Part shown: one piece after another, positions 45,026 through 54,671 of the stretch
Layout: every line of letters begins with the position of its first letter
Position numbering within the stretch: the first letter of the stretch is position 1
Source of the DNA: a virus
Taxonomy: Duplodnaviria > Caudoviricetes
IMG/VR virus record: IMGVR_UViG_2595698333_000001
Location: 1-64,000 of that record
Strand: one strand, 5' to 3'
DNA: 64,000 nt
Notes under the pieces: generated by a model
Told to the model about the DNA's origin: nothing
Seen by the model: the letters and a program-made list of their open reading frames with translations, nothing else
Database searches by the model: none
Position numbers and translations under genes: made by a program

Positions 45026-45523
45026 TCAGAAGTCGAGCGGGTCCTCCACGGTGTAGTCAGGTTCCAGTTCACGCTCGTACACCGTCATGCGATTGCCGCG
45101 GTCGGTGTAGTAGTAATCGACTGCCTGGAACCCGTTGTCCAACCAGAATTCTTCGAGGTCGGCGGTCGAGAGAACGTCAGCGACCATGACCTCCTTCCCA
45201 CGTTCCTCGGCGTACGCCACCGCCTCGTCGAGCAACTCTGAACCGTGCCCCTCGTGACGGTCCCGAGCAGCGACAGCGATGTTACGGAGACACGCTTCCT
45301 CACGGGACAGGATGTCTGACTCGGCCCAAACCATGCACGCGCCAGACACGCGGTCTCCGCGCAGGAAATACAGCAGACGCCTGTCCTCCCGACGGGCACA
45401 ACGCTCGACGTTCTCCCGTCGCACGAACCAGTACAGGTCCTGAGTGATTTCCACGTCGTCGAAGAACGCTTCTATCTCCTCGAGACGTTCATCGTCGGGT
45501 TCTGCGACCTTTATTTCTACCAT
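45026..45523 (-). CDS. GNAT-family acetyltransferase
   Basis: LRNIAVAARDRHEGHGSELL (motif A); FWLDNGF (motif B). Confidence 0.9.
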   Translation of the reverse strand: MVEIKVAEPDDERLEEIEAFFDDVEITQDLYWFVRRENVERCARREDRRLLYFLRGDRVSGACMVWAESDILSREEACLRNIAVAARDRHEGHGSELLDEAVAYAEERGKEVMVADVLSTADLEEFWLDNGFQAVDYYYTDRGNRMTVYERELEPDYTVEDPLDF

Positions 45524-48258
45524 GAGAGGACACCTCCCTGTCCGTCGTCGTCACCATCGTCGTCACTCCCGCCTGCGAACGGGTTGCTGTTGTCGTTGTC
45601 CTCCAGTTCGACACCCTGCGTCTGCGCACCTGCCGCCAGTTCGTCGAAGTCCCAACCGACCTCCTTGAGCATGGGACGTAGCGGACGGTCGAGCGTTTTC
45701 TCGATATGCTTCTCAGCGTCGAGCTCGAAGTCGTCCGGAATGTCGTCCCACCACTCCAACGCGAGAACGTCGGTGTTGGGTTTCATCGCCGGCGTCTTGC
45801 GGATGTAGTAAATCCACGGTTGGTCACCGTGCGACCAGTCGTATCCGAGATGCTCGTTCGAGTAGATGGCAGCACGCACCGACAGCGTAGGCGACGAGTA
45901 CGAGTCAATCGGGTCGTTGATGGTGCCCGGTTTTGCGATTTTCCGCAACTCGATATCTTGATTCCGGATGTCGTCGCACAGGCCTTTGATGTACTCGCTG
46001 ACCTGCTCGAACGACTGCGCGTCCAGAATCCGCTTGATGACTTCGGGCTGTGCCTCCTCAGTTAGTTCGGGCGAGTCGCTACGCTCGCTCTCGTACCCGG
46101 TGATGTCTGGTTTCGGGACGATGTTACCGTTCTCGTCCTTGATGTACTTGCCCTCCTTCCAGATGATGCCGCCCGCGTACCGCTTTTTCTTCCCATGCTG
46201 GAAGAAGCGACGGTACAGTTTCTCAAACTCGAACGCCCACGCATGATTCTCGTCGTCGGGTAGGTTGTGCGGGAGCGTCGAGAGGTCGAGGAACGGGTGG
46301 TCATCACCGAGACCTATGTCGTCTGCTGCACGCCCGACCTCCTCGTTGATACGACGCTCGACCTCCTTCCCGCGTTCGACTACCTCCTGCATGGCGTCCT
46401 GCTCGTCCATGTCGTCGAGTTCTCCTGGGTCAGCGAGTGACACCATCACCGAGTCGGTGTCCCCGTAGATGACCTCGAACCCGAGTTCTTGGCAGATTTC
46501 TACGCCTGTCCACAGGATGAAGCGCGACAGTCCCGTGATGGTGTCGCCCAGTTCGGGAGACGCCAGGCGGTAATATTTGTTGTTGCTGACGCCGAAGAAG
46601 GAGTTCATAATGACCTTCACCGCACGCTGCTTGTGGTCCCACACCTGATACATCGGAGTGTCCGGGTCATACCGATTCCGGTTGTCCTTCATCTCCTCGC
46701 GCTCGCTGAAGAGCAACTTGAGGTACTTGGGCATGATGCCCTCCTGGTCGAGTTTGAGACCTTGACCCTTCTTGGCGTCGAACTCCAGATGTTCGCGCTC
46801 GATGTTACCGCCGAAGTCGTCCTCTTTCACCGGCATCCACGGGACGACAACGTCTGCCTCCTGGTTGTCGTCGGTCATCGTCTCCTTCGAGATGTTCGCC
46901 GTGATAATCGAGGACGGGTAGAGTGACTTCAGGTCAATCACTCCGACCCACTCGCTGATGCCGGACGACGGGTTCAGGACGAGACCTCCTGCCGCGTTGT
47001 CTACCTCGACACCCTCCGCGTTCGGGAGAATCTCGTTGTCGGTGCGCCGGGACATGACGAACCCGTCCACGAGACGCATGGCGGAGAACGTGTCGTAAAT
47101 CGGGACACCGGTGAGGTCCGACAGTTGGTAGAAGAACCCGTGGATGTCCGCCATGTCGTCGAGAGCGACGAGCAACTGCGTGTCTATGATGTTATACGCT
47201 GTGAGGCGACTACGATTCTTCTCGTACCCTTCGCGGATGTTGATGTCTTCGACCTTGCCGACGCCCAGTTCCTCCTGAGCAACGTAGTCGAGCGCCTTCG
47301 ACCGCCAGTCGCTGAACACCATCTGGTCGCAGTACGCCCTCATCATGTCGAACCCTGGCAACCCGTCAATCCGCGCGACGGTCGTCTCCAAGTCGTTCCG
47401 GTAGTTGTGGGTCAACCCACCGATGTCCGACATACGCCAGCGGTCGACTCCGTTGACCTTCTCCATGCGATTGAGGAGGTATCGGTGGTCGAAGTCCTCC
47501 CAATTCCATCCCGACAGGAGGTCTGGACGCACGTCCTCGATGTACGAAAGGAACGAGTTGAGGAGCGACGATTCCGAGTCAGCAATCGTCATGTCTATGT
47601 CCGCGTTGACGAACTGCGACGCCAACTCGTGCCCGTTCCAGTGGTCGCCCAGGTAGTGTTTCACGTCCTTCCCGTCCACGTCACGGTCAGGGTCGAGAAC
47701 CCAGACGTCGTACTTCTCCTCCCGTGTGTCGTAGGCGGATATCATTATGACCTCACCGGGCGCTTCTTCGGTGAAGTCCTGGAATCCCATCTCGTAGTCG
47801 GGCAGTGCCTCGATGTCCGCCATGACCACGCGAGGAGTGATGGAGTCGACTTCCTCCTCGTCAATATCCGTCTCGACCTCGGAAATATCGCAGTGTTTCC
47901 TATCCGGCACGCGGATGTAACCCGACAACCCGTAGTCGACCGAGACGCGACGAGTGAACGGGATGTCCGCCTCGTAGGTCACCGAGAAGTCGTCACGGAT
48001 ACTGCTGACGTGCTTCGGGAGTTTCGTCACGACCTTCTTGAGAGGTCGTCCGTCGTACCCTTCGTACCCGTCCTCCGTGCGTACCACGCAGTCCTGCGAG
48101 GCACTCTCGTGAGGCGGGACGAAACAGTACGGTTCTGTACCACCGATTATCGTTAGGTTTCGTTCATCGTCTTCGTCGCGTCCGACGACTCTGACGACTA
48201 CTTCACCGTCGTTCTCCTTGTAGTCGAGGTCCGTTACACGGACGAGTTTATCGCTCAT
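45517..48258 (-). CDS. polB: Family B DNA polymerase
   Basis: DIE exo I, GWNWEDFD, DLKSLYPS, KVIMNSFFG, YGDTDS, KKRY; no intein seen. Confidence 0.98.
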   Translation of the reverse strand: MSDKLVRVTDLDYKENDGEVVVRVVGRDEDDERNLTIIGGTEPYCFVPPHESASQDCVVRTEDGYEGYDGRPLKKVVTKLPKHVSSIRDDFSVTYEADIPFTRRVSVDYGLSGYIRVPDRKHCDISEVETDIDEEEVDSITPRVVMADIEALPDYEMGFQDFTEEAPGEVIMISAYDTREEKYDVWVLDPDRDVDGKDVKHYLGDHWNGHELASQFVNADIDMTIADSESSLLNSFLSYIEDVRPDLLSGWNWEDFDHRYLLNRMEKVNGVDRWRMSDIGGLTHNYRNDLETTVARIDGLPGFDMMRAYCDQMVFSDWRSKALDYVAQEELGVGKVEDINIREGYEKNRSRLTAYNIIDTQLLVALDDMADIHGFFYQLSDLTGVPIYDTFSAMRLVDGFVMSRRTDNEILPNAEGVEVDNAAGGLVLNPSSGISEWVGVIDLKSLYPSSIITANISKETMTDDNQEADVVVPWMPVKEDDFGGNIEREHLEFDAKKGQGLKLDQEGIMPKYLKLLFSEREEMKDNRNRYDPDTPMYQVWDHKQRAVKVIMNSFFGVSNNKYYRLASPELGDTITGLSRFILWTGVEICQELGFEVIYGDTDSVMVSLADPGELDDMDEQDAMQEVVERGKEVERRINEEVGRAADDIGLGDDHPFLDLSTLPHNLPDDENHAWAFEFEKLYRRFFQHGKKKRYAGGIIWKEGKYIKDENGNIVPKPDITGYESERSDSPELTEEAQPEVIKRILDAQSFEQVSEYIKGLCDDIRNQDIELRKIAKPGTINDPIDSYSSPTLSVRAAIYSNEHLGYDWSHGDQPWIYYIRKTPAMKPNTDVLALEWWDDIPDDFELDAEKHIEKTLDRPLRPMLKEVGWDFDELAAGAQTQGVELEDNDNSNPFAGGSDDDGDDDGQGGVLSW

Positions 48259-48279
48259 CTAATCACCTGTTGTCGGTCG

Positions 48280-48576
48280 TCAGTAATCAAGTACGTCATC
48301 CACGTCAACTTCGTCTATGGCTTCGGGGTCGGGACACTCGATTCTACCTGTCTCGACGAGTCGATGGTGCGTCTTGCACAGGGTGATGAGGTTGTCCCGG
48401 GTGTGGGCGTTGTCAGGGTCGTCGAACTTCTTGACCTTGACGACGTGGTGAACGTGCAGGGGTTCGACGATGCTCTGCCCCTTCCCGCAGATTCGGCACT
48501 CGTAGTTGTCGCGTTCGAGCGCCTCCTCTCGTTTCTCTTGCCACGTTTCTCCGTAGTCACGTCGTTCGTATCCCAT
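48280..48576 (-). CDS. HNH endonuclease
   Basis: RDNYECRICG..HVHH..NLITLCKTHH; tail DDVLDY. Confidence 0.9.
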   Translation of the reverse strand: MGYERRDYGETWQEKREEALERDNYECRICGKGQSIVEPLHVHHVVKVKKFDDPDNAHTRDNLITLCKTHHRLVETGRIECPDPEAIDEVDVDDVLDY

Positions 48577-48579
48577 GCC

Positions 48580-49383
48580 TCAGTATTTCTCGTAACTGAC
48601 GTTCGCCATGCTCGTGTCCTGTGCCGGGCAGACGTACTCGTACTCACAGAACGAGCAGTGACCGCCTGTCTTCGCCGGGAACTCTCCCGAACCCATCGCT
48701 TGCAGGAGGGCGCGTGCGTACTGCTTCATCTGCCCCCACTGCTCCTCGTCGGGATACCGCACGCGAACGTTACCGTCACCGAGGTAGACGAACTTGACGT
48801 ACTCCGGGTGCTCTCCGTACTTGTTGAGGTACGCGCCTGCGTACACCATCCCCTGAATCAGTTCGTCGCGTTTCCGGTAGTCAGCGATTTCTCCGTCGCT
48901 GTTCTTCGCGTCCCCCGTCTTCCAGTCGACCAGTCCTTTGTCGGTGACGATGTCCATCTTCGCGTTGAAGTCGGTGTTGACCTCGCCGCCGACATGATAC
49001 TGATGCTCGACCTCGATGCCGCGCAGTTCCTCGCCTTCGAGATGCTCGCTGGCAACGAACTTCGCCGCGTTGTCACAGCAGTCGAGGCCATCGTCGTACA
49101 TCCGTTCCGAGATGTCCGGGTCCTCGACGGTGCGATAGTGATGCTTGAACTTGTGCGCGAGCGTCCCGGCGTCTCGAATCTCTGGGTGCTCCAGCAGGAC
49201 CTCCTCGATGGAGTTGTGAACTGCCGTCCCCTTCTCGAGATACCCGGCACTCGGTTTCTTCCTATGCTCGTCCTTCGCGTAGTCGAACCACCACGACAGC
49301 GGACACTGCGCGAATTTCTTAACCCTCGTCGCTGAGAGTTTGTCGTCGAAAAGTTTGTCTGGTACAGGTCGTGTTTCAGTCAT
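48580..49383 (-). CDS. Cas4/RecB-like PD-(D/E)xK exonuclease (4Fe-4S)
   Basis: CPLSW, GTAVH, KMD..DWKTG, QGMVY, CSFCEYEYVCP. Confidence 0.9.
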   Translation of the reverse strand: MTETRPVPDKLFDDKLSATRVKKFAQCPLSWWFDYAKDEHRKKPSAGYLEKGTAVHNSIEEVLLEHPEIRDAGTLAHKFKHHYRTVEDPDISERMYDDGLDCCDNAAKFVASEHLEGEELRGIEVEHQYHVGGEVNTDFNAKMDIVTDKGLVDWKTGDAKNSDGEIADYRKRDELIQGMVYAGAYLNKYGEHPEYVKFVYLGDGNVRVRYPDEEQWGQMKQYARALLQAMGSGEFPAKTGGHCSFCEYEYVCPAQDTSMANVSYEKY

Positions 49384-49693
49384 TCTCGCTCCACCTCATC
49401 TTTGCTCGTTCCTCCGCAGCAGCGTCCTTGAGCGTGCGACCTCCTGCGGCGTCCATGTTCGTACCGTACTTCTCCATGAGGTTGACGTTCTCGGACAAGC
49501 CAAGCGAGGTGTCAATCTTGGACGTCCAGTCGGTCACCTCGTAGTACACCGCCGCGCCCTTGACGACCTGCCACTGAATCAGCGTCAGGTTGTCGTCATG
49601 CTGGTTGCCCATCGGGAGACGACGTATCTCGTCGTCGGTCAACCGCGCCTGACCGATGGGAATCTCGTGTCCACAGCAGGGGCACGTCGGCAT
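49376..49693 (-). CDS. Hypothetical protein
   Basis: N-terminal CPCCG; coupled. Confidence 0.65.
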   Translation of the reverse strand: MPTCPCCGHEIPIGQARLTDDEIRRLPMGNQHDDNLTLIQWQVVKGAAVYYEVTDWTSKIDTSLGLSENVNLMEKYGTNMDAAGGRTLKDAAAEERAKMRWSEND

Positions 49694-49695
49694 GG

Positions 49696-49884
49696 TTACT
49701 GGATATCGTCGTCGAACGTGTCCATCTCGTCGTACATCTCGTCTATCTCATCGAGTTTCGCCATCGCTTGCTCCTCGGTCAACTCGTGGACTTTGACGAG
49801 ATGCTTCGCTGCCTCCTTCCGAGAGTCGAAGTCGGTGCCGTGGTCGAAGCAGTAGTACCGACTGAAGTCACCGGACGGTTTCAT
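49696..49884 (-). CDS. Small C2H2-like protein
   Basis: CFDH...HLVKVH. Confidence 0.6.
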   Translation of the reverse strand: MKPSGDFSRYYCFDHGTDFDSRKEAAKHLVKVHELTEEQAMAKLDEIDEMYDEMDTFDDDIQ

Positions 49885-50864
49885 CGCTCGTATCCCTCCA
49901 GCGAAAGGTACCGTGCGACGTGCAGGTCCGCGAGGAGCGAGTGGAACTGGACGTGCGGGTTCGCACCGCGCATGGCACGCCAGTTCGTCTCCGCCACCTT
50001 GTCGAGCATCTTCGCCTTCACGTCACCGGGTAGGTCCTGCTTCTTGATGACTCGCAGGAACGAGTCACACAGTTGGTTCGCCGGGACGCCTTCCTTGAGC
50101 ACCTCTACGTCGAGTTGCCGCATGGCGTCGTCGAGGTCGCCTTCGACTGCGGTGTTGACGATTTGCTCCACGAGCGCGTCGTCCACGGTCGAGACGACGA
50201 CGTTGACCCCGTTCGCGTCAATCTCACCCTCGTACACCGCCGCCTGCATGCTGTTGATGAGTTTGCGAGCGTCCCCGTCTGCCGCGTTCACCATCAGCGT
50301 GAGCGTGTCGTCCTCGATGGCGATGCCCTCTTCCTCGGCGACGTTCTTCCCGATTTGGAACAGGTCGTCGTCCGTCAGCGGCGAGATGCTGAACGGGGCA
50401 CACCGCGACTGGATGGGGCCGATAATCTGCGACAGGTAGTTGCAGGACAGGAAGAAGCGCGTCACGTCCGCGTGGTCCTCCATGATACGTCGCAGCGCTG
50501 TCTGAGCATCTTTCGTGAGCTGGTCAGCCTCATCGAGGAAGACGATTTTGTACTGATGGTCGCCAATCGTCCCCTGCACCGCGTAGTTCTTCACCTTGTC
50601 GCGGATGGTGTCAATCCCACGCTCGTCGGAGGCGTTCAGTTCGAGGATGTTATTCCGCCAGTTGTCCACCCCGTACTTCTCCTTGGCGAACGCCTGGATG
50701 ATTGCCGTCTTGCCGATTCCCTGCTTCCCGGCGAAGACGACGTGAGGCACGTCTTCGGTATCGAGGAACTTCCTCATGCGCTTTACTACTTCTTCGTGCC
50801 CGACTATGTCGTCGAGCGTCTGAGGGCGGTACTTCTCGACCCAGATTTTATCGCTGACACTCAT
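49881..50864 (-). CDS. rfcS: Replication factor C small subunit
   Basis: WVEKYRP, GKQGIGKT, LNASDERG, LDEAD, IQSRC. Confidence 0.96.
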   Translation of the reverse strand: MSVSDKIWVEKYRPQTLDDIVGHEEVVKRMRKFLDTEDVPHVVFAGKQGIGKTAIIQAFAKEKYGVDNWRNNILELNASDERGIDTIRDKVKNYAVQGTIGDHQYKIVFLDEADQLTKDAQTALRRIMEDHADVTRFFLSCNYLSQIIGPIQSRCAPFSISPLTDDDLFQIGKNVAEEEGIAIEDDTLTLMVNAADGDARKLINSMQAAVYEGEIDANGVNVVVSTVDDALVEQIVNTAVEGDLDDAMRQLDVEVLKEGVPANQLCDSFLRVIKKQDLPGDVKAKMLDKVAETNWRAMRGANPHVQFHSLLADLHVARYLSLEGYER

Positions 50865-50930
50865 GCTTCGTATGTTGTTGACCGCAAAGGGTTATCAGTT
50901 GTTTCGTCGAGAGAACGGGTCGTTCTTAGC

Positions 50931-51113
50931 TCAGAACGATTCCGTCTCGGAGTGGTCGTACTCGTCGTTCTCCCGCATGATACGCGCCAGGTTCTCGAAC
51001 GCCTCGGGCAGCGTATCGCCGTATGCCTTGATTTCCACCTTCTGCCTGTCGAGGTACGCCACACCGACCTCGCGCTCGTTCATCGGACTTCGGATGATTT
51101 CTATGTGTTCCAT
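50931..51113 (-). CDS. Solo HicB-like small protein
   Basis: AYGDTLPEAFENL resembles the HicB N-terminal motif. Confidence 0.5.
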   Translation of the reverse strand: MEHIEIIRSPMNEREVGVAYLDRQKVEIKAYGDTLPEAFENLARIMRENDEYDHSETESF

Positions 51114-51114
51114 G

Positions 51115-51702
51115 TCAGAGTTCCTCCTCGACGATAGCGAGGACCTCCTCGCGCACGTCCTTCTTCGACTGTTCTCCATCGACCACCCGGTACGTCGGGT
51201 CGTCCACGTCACGGTTGATGAGATACTCGTAGTTCTCCTTGACCTGTTCGAGCGTCTCGCGCTTCTCGTACTTCTCCTCCTTGTCGGCGCGTTCGAGCGC
51301 GGTGTCCACCGACACGTCGAGGTAGATGGTCAGGTCAGGCATGAATTTCCACGGCGCCATCACGTCGCTCATCCACTCGACGGGATTCTCCAGTTCGTCC
51401 TGCAACTGCACAGGTTGGTACGCGAGAGTCGAGTCGGAGAATCGGTCACTGACGACGAGTTGACCGTTCTCGACTTTCGGTTTGATGAACTCTTCTATGT
51501 GGTAGTGCCTGTCCGCCATGAACAGGAAGAAATCGGTGAACGCCGGCGTCTCGCTGCGTAGCGCCTTGCGCACCTGCTTCCCCGTCCAGAACTCGGACGG
51601 CTCGCACGTCGTCTCAGCGTCGAACTTCCGCTTGATTGCTTTGACGACGAGTGTCTTGCCCGCTCCGTCGAGTCCTTCGACGGTGATGAAGTGCCCGGGC
51701 AT
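51115..51702 (-). CDS. tmk: Thymidylate kinase
   Basis: EGLDGAGKT, ADR, SDRFSDSTLAYQ, PDLTIYLD. Confidence 0.95.
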   Translation of the reverse strand: MPGHFITVEGLDGAGKTLVVKAIKRKFDAETTCEPSEFWTGKQVRKALRSETPAFTDFFLFMADRHYHIEEFIKPKVENGQLVVSDRFSDSTLAYQPVQLQDELENPVEWMSDVMAPWKFMPDLTIYLDVSVDTALERADKEEKYEKRETLEQVKENYEYLINRDVDDPTYRVVDGEQSKKDVREEVLAIVEEEL

Positions 51703-51705
51703 GAT

Positions 51706-52158
51706 TCAGAACCCGAGCACGTCGTCGCCTGTGACCTCAGACGCAGGCTCTCCGAGGTTGTCGAGGAGTCGTTCTCCTTCCTCGGTGATGTAGTAGTACG
51801 AGCGTCGTCCTTCCTTGCGCTCGTTCGCGTACCCTGCCTTGAGCAGTGCCGCCGCAGCGGGACCTGGAGCGAACGAGTCACCCGCGGTCAGGTCGAGGAT
51901 GTCCACACTACTGAGCATCCTCTCCGGCGCGTTCGCCTCGTGCTTGCTCAGGAGGTACAGGTACCGGTGAGTCGGGTCGTTGTCCTTCACCGGAAGGTCG
52001 GGGTTGTACGAGGTCTCCTCAGCATCGCTGAGGTCCCGTGGTTCGGGGTCACCCTCGCGTTCCAGAACGCGCAGGTCACCGTCGAAGTCGGGGTTGTCGT
52101 ACAGGAACGATACCGCTTCGTCCGTCGTCTCGAAGGTTTTGACTTGTTCTTGAGTCAT
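51706..52158 (-). CDS. Winged-helix protein
   Basis: ALLKAGY..RSYYYITEEGERLL; tail DDVLGF. Confidence 0.75.
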   Translation of the reverse strand: MTQEQVKTFETTDEAVSFLYDNPDFDGDLRVLEREGDPEPRDLSDAEETSYNPDLPVKDNDPTHRYLYLLSKHEANAPERMLSSVDILDLTAGDSFAPGPAAAALLKAGYANERKEGRRSYYYITEEGERLLDNLGEPASEVTGDDVLGF

Positions 52159-52160
52159 GG

Positions 52161-53309
52161 TTACTCTATCCACTCCGCTTTGCCACCCGACCAACCGAAG
52201 GTCGAGCACTCCTCGGGTTCCTCCTTTCGCGTGCAGAGACCCAGCGACTGAATCGACTGGCACGACATATCGGAGTACCCGCGGTTGTGTATCTGATTGA
52301 GGAACTTGCGTGTCTTCTTCCGGTCGGCGTCAACCCACCCGAGCGACATGAACATCTCCTCAATCTCCTGCTTGGTGAATCCCGCGTTGAACAGGAGCAC
52401 CGCGCAGTTGAACCGAACCATGTGGTGCGGGTTCGGCTGTACGATACGCTCGTACATACAGGGCATCTGGAGTAGTTCTTTCAGCATCTGCAAGATACCC
52501 TGTCGTTCGTAATTCTCAACGTCAATCTCGACCTCGACCTCACCTCGAACCGTCGCCCGTTCCTCCAGGTAGTCATCGTACACCTGCATTTCCGGACGCT
52601 CCTGTTCGGGCAGAGGAATCTGCCTCGGTGACTCCGACGCCTGCATGAGGCGCTCGGGAGTGACCGTCTGCAACTCGTGACGAGTCATCGGGATGGTGTA
52701 GAGGTTACACGCCATCGTATGCGTGTCCTCGGTAATCGACTCGCCTCGCTCGGAGTCAACGTACACCCGTCGCACGTTCGGTATGCGCAGGATACGCTGA
52801 ACGTCACCGATGAGTTGGATGTCTAGTGTGTTCAGGTCGAGAATGTCGAGGTAGCGTCTAACCGTCGTAGCGAGGTGCTGACGCGCCTGCAACTGTTCCT
52901 GGTGTAGAAGGTGGATGTGTATCCCGAACCCGGAGAAAACGCCTACGACCGGTATCTGTTCGCGTTCTGCTTGCTTGGCGATTTTCCGAGCGTCCTCGCA
53001 CACCTCACCCAGAACCTCGTCCGCGAGGTCCTCGTCCTCACGCATGAGCATGACCTTCTCATCGTCACGCTCGGTTCGTGGGAACGCTGCTTCTTTCATG
53101 GGTGAGTCGAGGTCAATCGAGATTTTGTCCGATACGACGCCGCCACCTTCCGTCAGGTCGAAGTGCGAGATGGTCGCGTACAGGTTCCGTTCTCCCTCGC
53201 ACTCCTCGATGACTGCGTCCAGTTCACTCTCGCTATGGACGGGCCACTGAACCGGGTTACCGACCCGACGTGGGAACTTGCCGTACAGCAGTTTTTGAAC
53301 CGGGTCCAT
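52161..53309 (-). CDS. Archaeo-eukaryotic primase with fused PriL-like Fe-S domain
   Basis: IDLD, FSGFGIHIH, D..RILRIPN; MPC..HHMVR..SC..LC..C. Confidence 0.88.
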   Translation of the reverse strand: MDPVQKLLYGKFPRRVGNPVQWPVHSESELDAVIEECEGERNLYATISHFDLTEGGGVVSDKISIDLDSPMKEAAFPRTERDDEKVMLMREDEDLADEVLGEVCEDARKIAKQAEREQIPVVGVFSGFGIHIHLLHQEQLQARQHLATTVRRYLDILDLNTLDIQLIGDVQRILRIPNVRRVYVDSERGESITEDTHTMACNLYTIPMTRHELQTVTPERLMQASESPRQIPLPEQERPEMQVYDDYLEERATVRGEVEVEIDVENYERQGILQMLKELLQMPCMYERIVQPNPHHMVRFNCAVLLFNAGFTKQEIEEMFMSLGWVDADRKKTRKFLNQIHNRGYSDMSCQSIQSLGLCTRKEEPEECSTFGWSGGKAEWIE

Positions 53310-53323
53310 AGCGAGTCAGGCGC

Positions 53324-54181
53324 TTAGTTCTTGTTGACCGGACCGATAACGTTCCGGAGCACCTGACCTTCGTACTCGTCCTGGACGACGCAGATGGGGA
53401 GGTCCTCCTGCGTCTCGATACGGACACCGCCCGAGAGCGTGCCGAAGAGTTCCTCGAACCCCTGATTGTACTCGTTCGACAGGTCGGGACCTTCGACGCT
53501 ATCCGCGTTGAGCGCACCCCACGCGGCGTTCCGTCGCTCGTCCTTCCCGACACTCAGGTACAGTTCACCGTCCTGGATGGTAATCGGGTAGAACTTCGTG
53601 TCGTCGTCGTCGTTGACGATGTCCACGATACGGTTGATTTCTCGAACGTCCGTCTCGATGGTCGCCTCCATCGGTTCGCCGTCGCCGGTCAGGAACGAGT
53701 GCGTGTCCTGGTCGAACCGACCCACGGCGTCGAGCGGAACCTCGTCGAGGTTCGACTCGCTCGCGGGCAGCATGACGCGCGTCTGAATCGCTCCGTGGAA
53801 CTGGAGCGCGTGACAGAGGCGGTCGTCCTCGTTGCCGAGGAGCGTCAGTTCGACCGTACTGCTCGGGTCGTCCTGCGCGTAGTTGAGATACGTGAGGAAG
53901 TCCTCGACGTTGATAATCGCCTCCGCTGTCCCGTTGTTGTCCTCCACGAGGAGGTCCTGGTCGACCTCCGTGGAGTCGAGGAACCCGGCGCCGAACGTCG
54001 AGTACGAGATGACGCTGTTGTTCTGCTTGGACGCGAGGAACCGCGCCTCACCGCCGCCCACGTTGACGTACACCTCGGAGTGCACCGCGTCACCCGAAGA
54101 AGCCTTCAGAGACGCCTTCTTAATCATCTGTTCGAGTCGATTCGCCTTCGCCGTGATGGTCGCTTTCGTGACTTCAGTCAT
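53324..54181 (-). CDS. DNA sliding clamp (PCNA-like)
   Basis: Two-domain beta/alpha repeat pattern ending LPI..VIGP; replication context with RFC. Confidence 0.75.
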   Translation of the reverse strand: MTEVTKATITAKANRLEQMIKKASLKASSGDAVHSEVYVNVGGGEARFLASKQNNSVISYSTFGAGFLDSTEVDQDLLVEDNNGTAEAIINVEDFLTYLNYAQDDPSSTVELTLLGNEDDRLCHALQFHGAIQTRVMLPASESNLDEVPLDAVGRFDQDTHSFLTGDGEPMEATIETDVREINRIVDIVNDDDDTKFYPITIQDGELYLSVGKDERRNAAWGALNADSVEGPDLSNEYNQGFEELFGTLSGGVRIETQEDLPICVVQDEYEGQVLRNVIGPVNKN

Positions 54182-54671
54182 CGTTGTTGTCGTCGTTGTT
54201 GTCCGCACTAAGTTCGTTGTCGAGCATGTCCCGTAGGTCCTCGGAGCTAATCTCGCCCAGGTATTTCTCCAGCACGTCGAGCGCAGTGACGTTCTCCCCG
54301 GCGAGAGAGTTCACGTCCGTATGCACGTCCTCCTCGACGTACACCGAGACGTACTCGTCCTCGGGAATCTCCATGCGGTGCTCGTCCACGTCGTCGGGAA
54401 GGAGAACACGTAGCGCGTCGCTGAGCGTGTACTCCGTTCCGTCCACTGCCTCCTTCAGCGTCGTTCGCCAGTCGCGTGGGACGCGGATACCCTTGAGGTT
54501 CCGCTCCTCGGTGATTTCCATCTTCATCACCAGCCCGCGTCCGATGCCCTCGATGGACAGCAGGTCCTCGTCGTCCTCCTCGAGAACCTCCTCGGCGGAT
54601 TCGTACCCTGCGTCTCGCAGGATGCCCGCCGTCTTCGGACCCACGCCCGCGAGACGTTCGAGCTCAGTCAT
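54174..54671 (-). CDS. HhH-domain DNA-binding protein
   Basis: GVGPKTA..AGY..IEGIG. Confidence 0.75.
   Translation of the reverse strand: MTELERLAGVGPKTAGILRDAGYESAEEVLEEDDEDLLSIEGIGRGLVMKMEITEERNLKGIRVPRDWRTTLKEAVDGTEYTLSDALRVLLPDDVDEHRMEIPEDEYVSVYVEEDVHTDVNSLAGENVTALDVLEKYLGEISSEDLRDMLDNELSADNNDDNNDD

Noticed and set aside
48580-49383. Cas4-like gene as evidence of a CRISPR system
   Set aside because: No repeat-spacer array or other cas genes seen; solo Cas4-like nucleases are common in archaeal viruses
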